Source: an uncultured Chloroflexia bacterium | GTDB lineage: Bacteria > Chloroflexota > Limnocylindria > Limnocylindrales > CSP1-4 | Direction: 5' to 3' | Assembly (NCBI GenBank): GCA_963837825.1 | Contig: CAWIOR010000015.1 | Span: 38,241-102,240, forward strand | Length of the DNA stretch: 64,000 nucleotides | Shown: positions 1 through 8,423 of the stretch, piece by piece | How the letters are laid out: the number at the start of each line of letters is the position of its first letter | Numbering within the stretch: the stretch's first letter is position 1 | Program-made: the position numbers and the translations under genes | Notes under the pieces: model-generated | The model's database searches: none | Seen by the model: only the letters and a program-made list of their open reading frames with translations | What the model was told of the DNA's origin: nothing

Positions 1-1
1 C

Positions 2-583
2 TACTCGGTCCTCGGGACGGCGACCCGGATCGCCCGCTGCGGCGCCTTCGACGACGACCTCGAGGTCGCCCGCGGGTGGGTCGTGAACCCCGACGGGACC
101 GACACCGCCCCGACCGCCGGCCGGTTCGCCCGCGCCGACCCGCAACCGACGCTGTCCTCCGGACCGAAGCAGCTCGGGACCACGCCCTCCGGGCGGGCCG
201 CCTTCGTCACCGGGTGGCGGGCCGGCGCGAAGCCCGGCTCGAGCGATCTCGACGGGCGGACGACCGTCCGGTCGCCGGCGATCCAGCTCCCGGCCACGAC
301 CGGCCAGCGCCTGACGTTCCGCTATGTCTTCGCCCACGATCGGTCGTCGTCCGCGGCCGACACGTTCCGGGCCATCGTCGAGGACCAGGACGGGACGCAG
401 ACGGCGGTCTTCACGGTGGCCGGCCGTCGCCTCGATGTCGACGGCGCCTGGCGAAGCGCCTCGATCCTCATGGACCCGTGGGCCGGACGCACCGTCCACA
501 TCCGCTTCGAGGCCGTCGACGGCGGTCCCGGCAACCTGGTCGAGGTCGAGGTCGACGACGTCCGGGTGACCCAGCCGAGCTGA
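2..583 (+). CDS. 3' end of a gene for a secreted protein with a C-terminal beta-sandwich (MAM/lectin-like) domain; the 5' end lies outside the window
   Basis: Frame 2 is open from the window edge to TGA 581-583. The tail ...LTFRYVF...WRSASILMDPWAGRTVHIRFEAVDGGPGNLVEVEVDDVRV resembles MAM/ConA-like C-terminal domains. Confidence 0.5.
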   Translation, partial: YSVLGTATRIARCGAFDDDLEVARGWVVNPDGTDTAPTAGRFARADPQPTLSSGPKQLGTTPSGRAAFVTGWRAGAKPGSSDLDGRTTVRSPAIQLPATTGQRLTFRYVFAHDRSSSAADTFRAIVEDQDGTQTAVFTVAGRRLDVDGAWRSASILMDPWAGRTVHIRFEAVDGGPGNLVEVEVDDVRVTQPS

Positions 584-608
584 CCGGGCGAGCAGCCGTA
601 GCGCCCGG
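584..608 (+). terminator. GC-rich hairpin immediately after the stop codon
   Basis: Inverted repeat CCGGGCG-N11-CGCCCGG starts 1 nt after TGA 581-583. There is no U-tract. Confidence 0.3.
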
Positions 609-677
609 GAAGGCCGAGGGCGCTGGCGTCCCGCGCCGGTCCTTCCGCTCCGGCGCGTCGCAGGTCGGAGGAGGCCG

Positions 678-970
678 TCTTGCCGCCCCTGCAAGAGAGC
701 GTGCAGGTCGAGCCTGCTTGAGCCTCTCGACCGGCGATTCCTTGCCGCACCGGCAAGGTTCCGGCCCCGAGCAGGCCGCCTTGCCGCAACCGGATCCGGC
801 GGGCCGACCGAACCGGGATCGACCGCGATCGGCCCCGATCCGTGCCTGGATCGGGCCTGTCGACCCGCTCGTGGTGCTCGTGAGCACGCTATCTTGCGCC
901 GGCTGCAAGGCCCGGCCCACTTCTTGCGCTGGCGGCAACGTTCCGCGGTGTTCTTGCCCGGAGAGCAAGC
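678..970. repeat. Array of five 19-bp palindromes with consensus tCTTGC-N7-GCAAGg
   Basis: Read directly: TCTTGC cgcccct GCAAGA (678-696), CCTTGC cgcaccg GCAAGG (740-758), TCTTGC gccggct GCAAGG (892-910), TCTTGC gctggcg GCAACG (922-940), TCTTGC ccggaga GCAAGC (952-970). The last three are spaced exactly 30 bp apart. A half-site CCTTGCCGCAA lies at 779-789. Confidence 0.85.
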
Positions 971-996
971 AAACGACGAGATCGGCCCCGATCGCG
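824..996. repeat. 17-nt inverted repeat pair bracketing three of the palindromes
   Basis: CGCGATCGGCCCCGATC (824-840) and GATCGGCCCCGATCGCG (980-996) are complementary at 15 of 17 positions. An internal hairpin GTGCT-cgtg-AGCAC lies at 874-887. Confidence 0.7.
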
Positions 997-1029
997 CTCG
1001 GGCGGCAGCCCGGCGCCGGACCGCCGGGA

Positions 1030-1035
1030 TACGAT
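1030..1035 (+). promoter_or_regulatory. Candidate -10 hexamer TACGAT, 9 nt upstream of ATG 1045
   Basis: A TANNNT hexamer lies close to the start codon and no Shine-Dalgarno sequence is visible. Confidence 0.3.
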
Positions 1036-1044
1036 AGGCCGCCA

Positions 1045-2793
1045 ATGGACGACACGACCGCCCTGATCGAGGCGATCCGCGCAGGCGTCATCGGTGACGA
1101 CGAGGCGGTCGTCGGGCCGTTCGGGCTGCGCCGGGTGACGTACGCCGACTACACGGCGTCGGGGCGGTCGCTCGCGTTCATCGAGGACTTCATCCGGCAC
1201 GCGGTCCTGCCGCTGTACGGCAACACCCACACCGAGTCGTCGGGGACCGGTCTCCAGACGACCCGCTTCCGCGAGGATGCCCGGCGGATCATCCGCGAGG
1301 CGGCCGGCGGGACCGACAAGGACCACGTCGTCCTGTTCGCCGGGTCGGGCTCGACGGGCGCCATCGACAAGCTCATCGACTGCCTCGAGATCCGCCTGCC
1401 GGCCGACCTCGACGACCGCTACGACCTGGCCTCGCGGGTGCCGCCGGGCGAGCGCCCGGTCGTGTTCATCGGCCCATACGAGCACCACAGCAACGAGCTG
1501 CCCTGGCGCGAGTCGCTGGCCGACGTGGTCGTCATCCCCGAGGACCACGACGGGCAGATCGACCTCGGCCGCCTGGAGGCCGCGCTGATCGCCCATGTCG
1601 ACCGGCCGCTGAAGATCGGCTCGTTCTCGGCGGCCAGCAACGTCACCGGCGTGATCAGCGACGTCCGGGCGATCTCGATCCTGCTCCACCGCCACGGGGC
1701 GCTGTCGTTCTGGGACTTCGCCGCCGCGGCGCCGTACGTGTCGATCGAGATGGGCCCGTTCGCCGAGACCGCCGCCGGCCGCGAGACCGACCCGCTGGCC
1801 TACAAGGACGCGATCTTCATCTCGCCCCACAAGTTCATCGGCGGGCCGGGCACGCCGGGCGTGCTCGTGGCGCGGAGGGAGCTGTTCCATAACCGGGTCC
1901 CGAGCGTGCCCGGCGGCGGCACGGTGGCCTATGTCAACCCGACCGAGCACGTCTACCTGACCGACATCGAGCACCGCGAGGAGGGCGGCACCCCGGCCAT
2001 CGTCGAGTCGATCCGGGCCGGCCTGGTGTTCGGGCTCAAGGAGGCGGTCGGCGCCGAGGCGATCCGTGCCCGCGAGGAGTCGTTCATCCGCCGGGCGATC
2101 GAGCGCTGGTCGCGCCACCCGAACCTGGAGATCCTGGGCAACCCGGCCCTCGACCGGCTGTCGATCGTGTCGTTCGTCGTCCGGATGCCGGACGCGGGCG
2201 CCGGCGGGATGGGTCACGGCGGCCACCGCTACCTCCACCACAACTACGTCGTGGCCCTGCTCAACGACCTGTTCGGGATCCAGTCGCGGGGCGGCTGCTC
2301 GTGCGCCGGGCCGTACGGCCACCGGCTGCTCGGGATCGACCTGGACACCAGCCACGAGTTCGAGCGCGAGATCGGCCGCGGCTGCGAGGGGATCAAGCCC
2401 GGCTGGGTCCGGGTCAACTTCAACTACTTCATCAGCGAGACCGTGTTCGAGTTCATCCTGGAGGCGGTGGAGCTGGTAGCCAGCGACGGCTGGCGGCTCC
2501 TCCCCCACTACCGGTTCGAGCCGGCGACGGGCCTGTGGCACCACGCCGGCGGTGCCGCCGAGCCACCGATGAGCCTGCGCGACATCGCCTACGCCGGTGG
2601 GCGGATGACCTACCCGTCCCATCGCCGGGCCGAGCCGGAATCGGCGCTGGCCGGCTACCTGGCCGAGGCCCGCCGCCTCCTGGCCGACCCGCCGGGCCCG
2701 ACCGCACCCCCGGAGCACCTCGTCGTCGACGACGACTTCGAGACGCTGCGCTGGTTCCCGCTCCCCGACGAGATCGCGATCCCGGTCCGCTGA
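1045..2793 (+). CDS. Aminotransferase class V-fold PLP-dependent enzyme (cysteine-desulfurase-like, long form)
   Basis: The sensible protein starts at MDDTTALIEAIRAG inside ORF 76..2793. It contains ...LPLYGNTHTESSGTG..., ...FAGSGSTGAIDKL... and HKFIGGPGTPGVLV (PLP-lysine region). The reading frame is intact. Confidence 0.85.
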   Translation: MDDTTALIEAIRAGVIGDDEAVVGPFGLRRVTYADYTASGRSLAFIEDFIRHAVLPLYGNTHTESSGTGLQTTRFREDARRIIREAAGGTDKDHVVLFAGSGSTGAIDKLIDCLEIRLPADLDDRYDLASRVPPGERPVVFIGPYEHHSNELPWRESLADVVVIPEDHDGQIDLGRLEAALIAHVDRPLKIGSFSAASNVTGVISDVRAISILLHRHGALSFWDFAAAAPYVSIEMGPFAETAAGRETDPLAYKDAIFISPHKFIGGPGTPGVLVARRELFHNRVPSVPGGGTVAYVNPTEHVYLTDIEHREEGGTPAIVESIRAGLVFGLKEAVGAEAIRAREESFIRRAIERWSRHPNLEILGNPALDRLSIVSFVVRMPDAGAGGMGHGGHRYLHHNYVVALLNDLFGIQSRGGCSCAGPYGHRLLGIDLDTSHEFEREIGRGCEGIKPGWVRVNFNYFISETVFEFILEAVELVASDGWRLLPHYRFEPATGLWHHAGGAAEPPMSLRDIAYAGGRMTYPSHRRAEPESALAGYLAEARRLLADPPGPTAPPEHLVVDDDFETLRWFPLPDEIAIPVR

Positions 2794-2814
2794 GGCCGGA
2801 GCCCGGCTCCGGCC
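2794..2814. terminator. Hairpin between convergent genes
   Basis: GGCCGGAGCC-c-GGCTCCGGCC starts directly after TGA 2791-2793 and lies 50 nt from the sbcC stop. Confidence 0.5.
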
Positions 2815-2864
2815 CGACCCACCCGATGGTCGAGGACGGATCCGCGCAGTCCCGGCCGCCCCGG

Positions 2865-5483
2865 TCACACCCGCCGGATCGTGCTGCCCCTCGGCGACTT
2901 CTCGATCACGATCCGGGCCGGCAGGCGCTCGGCCAGCTCGGTGACGTGGGTGACGACCCCGACCATCCGGTCGTCGCCGCCGAGGACCTCGACCGCGCCG
3001 ATGACGACCTGGAGGGTCTCCTCGTCGAGCGTGCCGAAGCCCTCGTCGAGGAACAGGCTGGTGACCCGCGAGCGGGCGCTGGCGGCGAGCGACGGGACCT
3101 GCTCGCTGAGGGCGAGAGCGAGCCCGAGCGAGGCGAGGAACGACTCGCCGCCGGACAGGGTCTTCACGCTCCGGCTCTCCTCGCCGTTCCAGGTGTCGAC
3201 GACCAGGAACTCGTCGTCGACGACCTCCAGGCGGTAGCGGCCGCTCGACAGCTCCTCCAGGTGGACGCTCCCGGCGGCGGCCAGGGTCGCCAGCGCCTCC
3301 TCCTGGAGGAACGCCACGATCCGGTCCTGGCGCAGCTCGAGGGCGAGCTGCTTGAACCGGGCGCCGCGCTCACGGAGCGCCTCGATCTCCGCCTCGAGCT
3401 CCGCCCGCCGCACGATCTTCAACTCGAGGTCGGCGATCCGCCGGGCCGCGACCGCCTCGGCGCCGATGGCCGACGCGTTGGCGGTCTCGACCGCCTGGGC
3501 GAGCGCCGCCAGGTCGGCCGCCCGCGGGACGAGGTCGCCGACGGCCCGCTCGAGCCTCGACCAGCAGCCCACCCGCCGCCTCCGATCGCTCGGCGATCGC
3601 GGTCGCGCAGCCCGCCGCCAGGGCCTCGAGACGGTCGGCGATCGAGCCCGCCGCGGTCGCCAGCGCGGACGGATCGTCGGTCGGGAGAGGGGGCGGACCG
3701 GCGCCGGCCTTGCCCCCGGTCCTGGGCCTGCCGCCGACGGCGACGGCGACGGCCGCGCCCACGCCCACACCAGCGGCTGCGGCCCGGGCCTCCAGGTCCG
3801 CGACCGGGATCGCGTCGAGGCGGGCCCGCTCGGTCGCCAGCGCGCCACGTGCCTCACCGAGCAAGCGGTCGATCGTCCGCAGCTCCTCGTCGGCCGCGGT
3901 CGCGGCGGCCCGGCGCGCCTCGAGATCGGCGCCAGGTCGCGCAGCTCCGACGCCCGCCGTTCCAGCTCGGCCAGCGGGTCGGCCGGGAGCGTCCCGAGGT
4001 CCGCCACCAGCGACGCCTCGAGCTCGTCGAGCCGGCGCGCCTCGTCGGCCAGCATCGTCTCCGCCCGGGTCACCCGGTCCTGCTCGCGCTCGAGTCGGCC
4101 GGCGGCCTCGGTGGCGGCCCGCTCGGCCGCCCGACAGGCGGCGGCGGCCTCGGCGGCGGCGGCACGGGCCAGCTCGAGCGCGGACGTCGCGGCGGCCAGC
4201 TCGGGAGCGCCATGCCGATCCGGGAGCGCCTCGAGCGGGCGACCGCAGACCGGGCACGGATCGCCGATCGCGAGGCCGGCACTGATGGCCGCGACCCGGT
4301 CGGCGGCCCGCGCCGACTCCAGCGCGTCGGTGGCCGCCCGCTCGGCCGCGATGGCGCTCGCCTCGCGTTCGGCCGCCTCGGCGGCGGCCCGACTCGCGGC
4401 CAGGGCGCCCGCCTCGGCCGGCCCGATCGCGGCCGCCAGCTCGGTCGCCTCGCGACGCCGGTCGGCCAGCGCGGTCCGCCCGGCGCCGAGCGAGCGGGCG
4501 CGCTCGATGCGACCGGCGAGCGTGGCGGCATCTCCCCAGGCGACCTCTGCGTCCGACATCGCCGCGGCCGCGGCCGACGCCAGCTGGGCGTCCCGGTGGG
4601 CCGACTCCTGGGCCACCAGCCGGCCGGCCTCCGCCCCCCGGATCGCCTCGGCCAGCCCCCGGATCGCCTGACCGATGCTCCGCGCCGACTGCGCGTTGCG
4701 GGTCGATCCGGCCGCCAGCCGGTCGAGCTCGTCGCGTTCGCGCTGGAGCGCGGTCGACCGTTCGACCAGCGCAGCGATCGCCGTCCGGGCATCCGCCGTC
4801 CGTCTGGCCAGCGTCTCGGCCTCGGCGTGCTCCTGTCGAGCCGCGGCGAGACCCTCGTCCGTCGCGTCGGCGAACTCGGAGGCGAGGATCTCGGTCTTGC
4901 CGGTCACCTGCGCGCCGTGGGTCCGGGCCAGCTCGCCGGCCTTCGCCGCGATCCGCTCGAACAGGCCCAGGTCGAGCAGGTCGGCCAGGATCCTCCGCCG
5001 GGTCTTCGCGTCGCCGGCCAGGAACTCGGCGAAGCGGCCCTGGGGCAGGAGGACGGCCCGGGTGAAGCCGGCGTAGTCGAGCCCGACCAGCCGCTCGATC
5101 GTCGCGTCGGCCTCGCGGACCCGGTCGGCGCCCTCGCCGGCCTGGCGCCAGCCGGATCCGGTGCCCGGGTCGGCCCGCTCGACGAGGACCTTCGTCTTGG
5201 CGTCGGCGGTCACGCTCCGGGCGACCCGGAATCGCTCGCCGCCGGCCTCGAACTCGAGGACGACGGCCGCCCGCGGCTGGCCCTGGCTGACGAGCTGGCG
5301 GACGCCGTCGCCGACCCGTTCCGCCCGACCGTACAGGACGAACGTCAGCGCATCGAGGATCGAGCTCTTGCCCGAGCCGGTCGGACCGGTGATCGCGAAC
5401 AGGTCCAACCCCTCGAAGTCGACCAGCTGCGGCTCGCGGAAGGCGGTGAAGCCGCGGATCTCGAGGCGGATCGGGCGCACCAC
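2865..5483 (-). CDS. sbcC: SbcC/Rad50-type SMC-like ATPase (exonuclease subunit C)
   Basis: N-terminal Walker A FAITGPTGSGKSSILDA, a CPVCG zinc hook in mid coiled coil, and C-terminal LSGGESFLASLGLALAL plus LFLDEGFGTLD. The ORF is continuous, but about 3550-3940 reads as a Pro/Arg-rich off-frame segment. Confidence 0.9.
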   Translation of the reverse strand: MVRPIRLEIRGFTAFREPQLVDFEGLDLFAITGPTGSGKSSILDALTFVLYGRAERVGDGVRQLVSQGQPRAAVVLEFEAGGERFRVARSVTADAKTKVLVERADPGTGSGWRQAGEGADRVREADATIERLVGLDYAGFTRAVLLPQGRFAEFLAGDAKTRRRILADLLDLGLFERIAAKAGELARTHGAQVTGKTEILASEFADATDEGLAAARQEHAEAETLARRTADARTAIAALVERSTALQRERDELDRLAAGSTRNAQSARSIGQAIRGLAEAIRGAEAGRLVAQESAHRDAQLASAAAAAMSDAEVAWGDAATLAGRIERARSLGAGRTALADRRREATELAAAIGPAEAGALAASRAAAEAAEREASAIAAERAATDALESARAADRVAAISAGLAIGDPCPVCGRPLEALPDRHGAPELAAATSALELARAAAAEAAAACRAAERAATEAAGRLEREQDRVTRAETMLADEARRLDELEASLVADLGTLPADPLAELERRASELRDLAPISRRAGPPRPRPTRSCGRSTACSVRHVARWRPSGPASTRSRSRTWRPGPQPLVWAWARPSPSPSAAGPGPGARPAPVRPLSRPTIRPRWRPRRARSPTVSRPWRRAARPRSPSDRRRRVGCWSRLERAVGDLVPRAADLAALAQAVETANASAIGAEAVAARRIADLELKIVRRAELEAEIEALRERGARFKQLALELRQDRIVAFLQEEALATLAAAGSVHLEELSSGRYRLEVVDDEFLVVDTWNGEESRSVKTLSGGESFLASLGLALALSEQVPSLAASARSRVTSLFLDEGFGTLDEETLQVVIGAVEVLGGDDRMVGVVTHVTELAERLPARIVIEKSPRGSTIRRV

Positions 5484-6662
5484 TCAGTCCTCCCCGTCGT
5501 GGACGAGGGTCAGGACCTCGTCGAACGCGGCCAGCAGGGCGGGATCCGGCTCCACGCCGTGGGTCAGCCGCTCGTAGGCGGCGAACTGGTCGCGCGGCCC
5601 GAGGGCGCCGACGCCGGCGGTCCGCGACCCCGCCTCGTCGTCTGCGGTCCGGTCGTACACGAGCCGGACGTCGAGGGCGTTGGGGAGCGCCTCGCGGACC
5701 CGGTCGGCGATCCCGGGGACGGGCCCGTCGGTCTCGACCAGGACCCGCAGCCAGGCATCGCCGACCGCGTCGGCCGCGGCGGCCACCTGGTCGAGCGACC
5801 CGCGCAGGTCGACCAGCCGGCGGCCGGCGCTGAGCGCCACCTCGCGGACCGTCGCCGGCGTCCCGGGCGCCGCCTCGACGATCGCCACCGACTTGTGCTG
5901 CTCGGTCTCGCCGAAGTCGAGCTGGAGGAGCGAGCCGGAATAGCGACCGGGGGCGGCCGCTCCGGCGACCCGCTGCGGCCGATGGATGTGCCCCAGGGCG
6001 AGGTAGGCGGCGGTCGCCGGGAGGCGGGCCGGCGAGACGGCATACTCGAGCCCGACGGTGACCTCGCGCTCACCACCGCCGAGCAGCGAGCCGTCGGCGT
6101 ACAGGTGGGCGAGGAGGATGTTCACCCGGTCGCTCCGGAACGCCGCGGCGAACGCGTCGAGGAGGTTGCCCATCCCATCGGCGTACGTGCCGTACCAGGT
6201 CTCGGCGGCGTCGAACAGGGCCGCGGTCGTGGCGAACCGGCGCTCGGGCACGAACGGGACACAGGCGATCAGCGCGGTCGTCCGCCCGTCGCGCGACGGC
6301 AGCTCGACGACGCCCCCATCCTCGGGCCGGACGACCCGCCCGACGACCGTCGCCCCGACGGCGCGATAGAGCGGGGCGAACGCCTCGAGGCGCTGGGCCG
6401 AGTCGTGGTTCCCGCCGATCGCGACGACCGGGATGGCGGCCTCATGGAGGCGCACCAGCGTCTCGACCAGGATCGCGTCGGCGTCGGGGGTCGGCGCCCG
6501 CGAGTCGTACAGGTCGCCGGCGACGAGGACGCCGTCGACCCGCTCGTCGAGGGCGATCCGGACGACCTCGTCGAGGACCGCCGCGAACTCCTCGGTCCGG
6601 GGCCGGTTGCGGATCGTCCGGCCGAGATGCCAGTCGGAGGTGTGGAGGAGCCGGATGGTCAC
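5484..6662 (-). CDS. sbcD: SbcD/Mre11-type nuclease
   Basis: Calcineurin-like phosphoesterase motifs HTSDWHLG, VAGDLYD and GGNHDS are present. The GTG start lies 3 nt after the herA stop, and the sbcD stop abuts the sbcC GTG. Confidence 0.9.
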   Translation of the reverse strand: MTIRLLHTSDWHLGRTIRNRPRTEEFAAVLDEVVRIALDERVDGVLVAGDLYDSRAPTPDADAILVETLVRLHEAAIPVVAIGGNHDSAQRLEAFAPLYRAVGATVVGRVVRPEDGGVVELPSRDGRTTALIACVPFVPERRFATTAALFDAAETWYGTYADGMGNLLDAFAAAFRSDRVNILLAHLYADGSLLGGGEREVTVGLEYAVSPARLPATAAYLALGHIHRPQRVAGAAAPGRYSGSLLQLDFGETEQHKSVAIVEAAPGTPATVREVALSAGRRLVDLRGSLDQVAAAADAVGDAWLRVLVETDGPVPGIADRVREALPNALDVRLVYDRTADDEAGSRTAGVGALGPRDQFAAYERLTHGVEPDPALLAAFDEVLTLVHDGED

Positions 6663-6665
6663 CCG

Positions 6666-8423
6666 CTAGTCGGCCTCGAATGCCTTGAACGGGTCGCCGC
6701 CCGCGGGCGCCGCCTCCTCGGCCCGGGTCGCCCAGCACGGGAACGGGAAGCGGACCTGGAGCGGCGTCGGGATCGACGGCTGCTGGACGATGACCGAGCC
6801 CGGTTTCAGGATGCCCGCCCGGGCCCGCGTGACGGCCGGCAGGAAGCCATACTCGGAGCGTCCCGCCTCGGCCATGTCGAGCCGGCCGACGACCCGGACC
6901 GCCGAGTTGGCGATGACCCGCCGCTCGACCTCCGACGCGGTCTGCTCGGCGCCGACGAGGATGATCCCGAGGCTCCGTCCGCGCTCGGCCACGTCGAGGA
7001 GGACCTCCTTGATCGGGCTCCAGCCCTCGCGCGGAGCGTACCGGTTGAGCTCGTCGAGGACCAGGAAGTGGAGCGGCTCGCGGCGGCCCATCCGCTCCTT
7101 GTGCTCGAACAGGCGCTTGATCATCACGCCGGTCACGAACCGCTTCGCCCGATCGTGCAGGTTGTGGATGTCGATGACCGTGACCTGGTTCGCCTCCCAG
7201 TCGATCCGGTGGCGGGCCGGGTCCTCGGCGGCGGTCCCCCAGATCAGGTGGCCGACCCGCTGGCGGGCCGCCTCGAGCCGGCGCTGGAACGCGGCGACCG
7301 TGCCCTCGGCCAGCCGGCCGCGCCAGCCCGCGTCGTCGTCGTCCAGCTTGAGCGCGATCGCCTCGCACAGCTCCTCGAACGAGCCGATCCGGACGCCGTC
7401 GAGGCGGACGGTCGCCGGCGCCTCGGGGTCGTCCTGGCACCACCGGTCGAGGAGCGACTCGACCCGGGCGACGAGGTCCGCGATCTGCGACCGCTCGTCG
7501 TCCCCCTCGGCGAACAGGAAGCGCAGGTAGCGCTCGCGGACGAACTCGCGGATCGTCCAGTAGTAGGCGGTCACGCCCTCGGTCCGGCCCTCGACGTGGG
7601 GGATCGCGGCGCCGCCGGGCGCCCCGGCCCCGCCCGAGCCCGCGGCGCCCGGCCGGGGCGGCGCCCACAGCCCGACCGACGCGAACGGCCCGACCGGCAG
7701 CCCGAGCCGCTCGTACTCCGCCCGGGCGGTCTGGTCGAGCAGGACGTTCGGGCGGTCGAGCCACAGCAGGTCCTCGCCCTTGACGTTGAAGACCAGCGCC
7801 TTCGTGTTCGTGGCGTACGCGCCGAGCGCCTCGGAATGGAACAGGGCGTAGAGCAGGAACAGGGCGTACGTCGTCTTGGTCGCGACGCCGCTGATCCCCG
7901 AGATGTTGACGTGGGCGCCCCGGCTGCCGTCGAGGAAGTCGACGTCGAGGTAGACCGGCTCCCCGTCGCGCGACAGGCCGGCCGGCAGGCGGCGGGTCAT
8001 CTGGTCGAAGTAGAGCGCCTCGTCCCGGTCGCGTCCGCGGGCCCGCTTGGCCGGACGGCCGGGCAGCGGCGGGACGAACACCTCCGGCTCGAACCGGGTG
8101 GCCACGACGAGCGCCGCCTGGGCGGTCTGCGCCGGCAGCACGCCCCGCTCGACGAGGAAGGCGTCCGAGTCGAACACCAGGCCCTCGTGGCGGGCGCGCA
8201 CCTCCTGGACGATCCCGCTGATCCGGACCGTGCCGATCCCGGGGACCTCGGTCTCGAGGATGACCGCGTCGTCGAGCTGGAGGTACGACCCCTCCCCCAC
8301 CCCGACCCAGAACTGGAGCGGGGTCGCATCCTCGGTCCCGAGGACCAGGCCGACCGGCTCGGAGACGGTCGGGACCGGGGCGGCCGGCTCGGCGGGGGCC
8401 ACCGGCGCTCGCTCCTCGATCAT
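6666..8423 (-). CDS. herA: HerA-like (FtsK/HerA superfamily) ATPase/helicase
   Basis: The sensible protein starts at MIEERAP (ATG 8423). It has a P-loop-like NISGISGVATKTTY, Walker B HFLVLDELNRYAP and a SLGIILVGAEQTASEV region. Its start overlaps the nurA stop by 4 nt (ATGA). Confidence 0.85.
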   Translation of the reverse strand: MIEERAPVAPAEPAAPVPTVSEPVGLVLGTEDATPLQFWVGVGEGSYLQLDDAVILETEVPGIGTVRISGIVQEVRARHEGLVFDSDAFLVERGVLPAQTAQAALVVATRFEPEVFVPPLPGRPAKRARGRDRDEALYFDQMTRRLPAGLSRDGEPVYLDVDFLDGSRGAHVNISGISGVATKTTYALFLLYALFHSEALGAYATNTKALVFNVKGEDLLWLDRPNVLLDQTARAEYERLGLPVGPFASVGLWAPPRPGAAGSGGAGAPGGAAIPHVEGRTEGVTAYYWTIREFVRERYLRFLFAEGDDERSQIADLVARVESLLDRWCQDDPEAPATVRLDGVRIGSFEELCEAIALKLDDDDAGWRGRLAEGTVAAFQRRLEAARQRVGHLIWGTAAEDPARHRIDWEANQVTVIDIHNLHDRAKRFVTGVMIKRLFEHKERMGRREPLHFLVLDELNRYAPREGWSPIKEVLLDVAERGRSLGIILVGAEQTASEVERRVIANSAVRVVGRLDMAEAGRSEYGFLPAVTRARAGILKPGSVIVQQPSIPTPLQVRFPFPCWATRAEEAAPAGGDPFKAFEAD

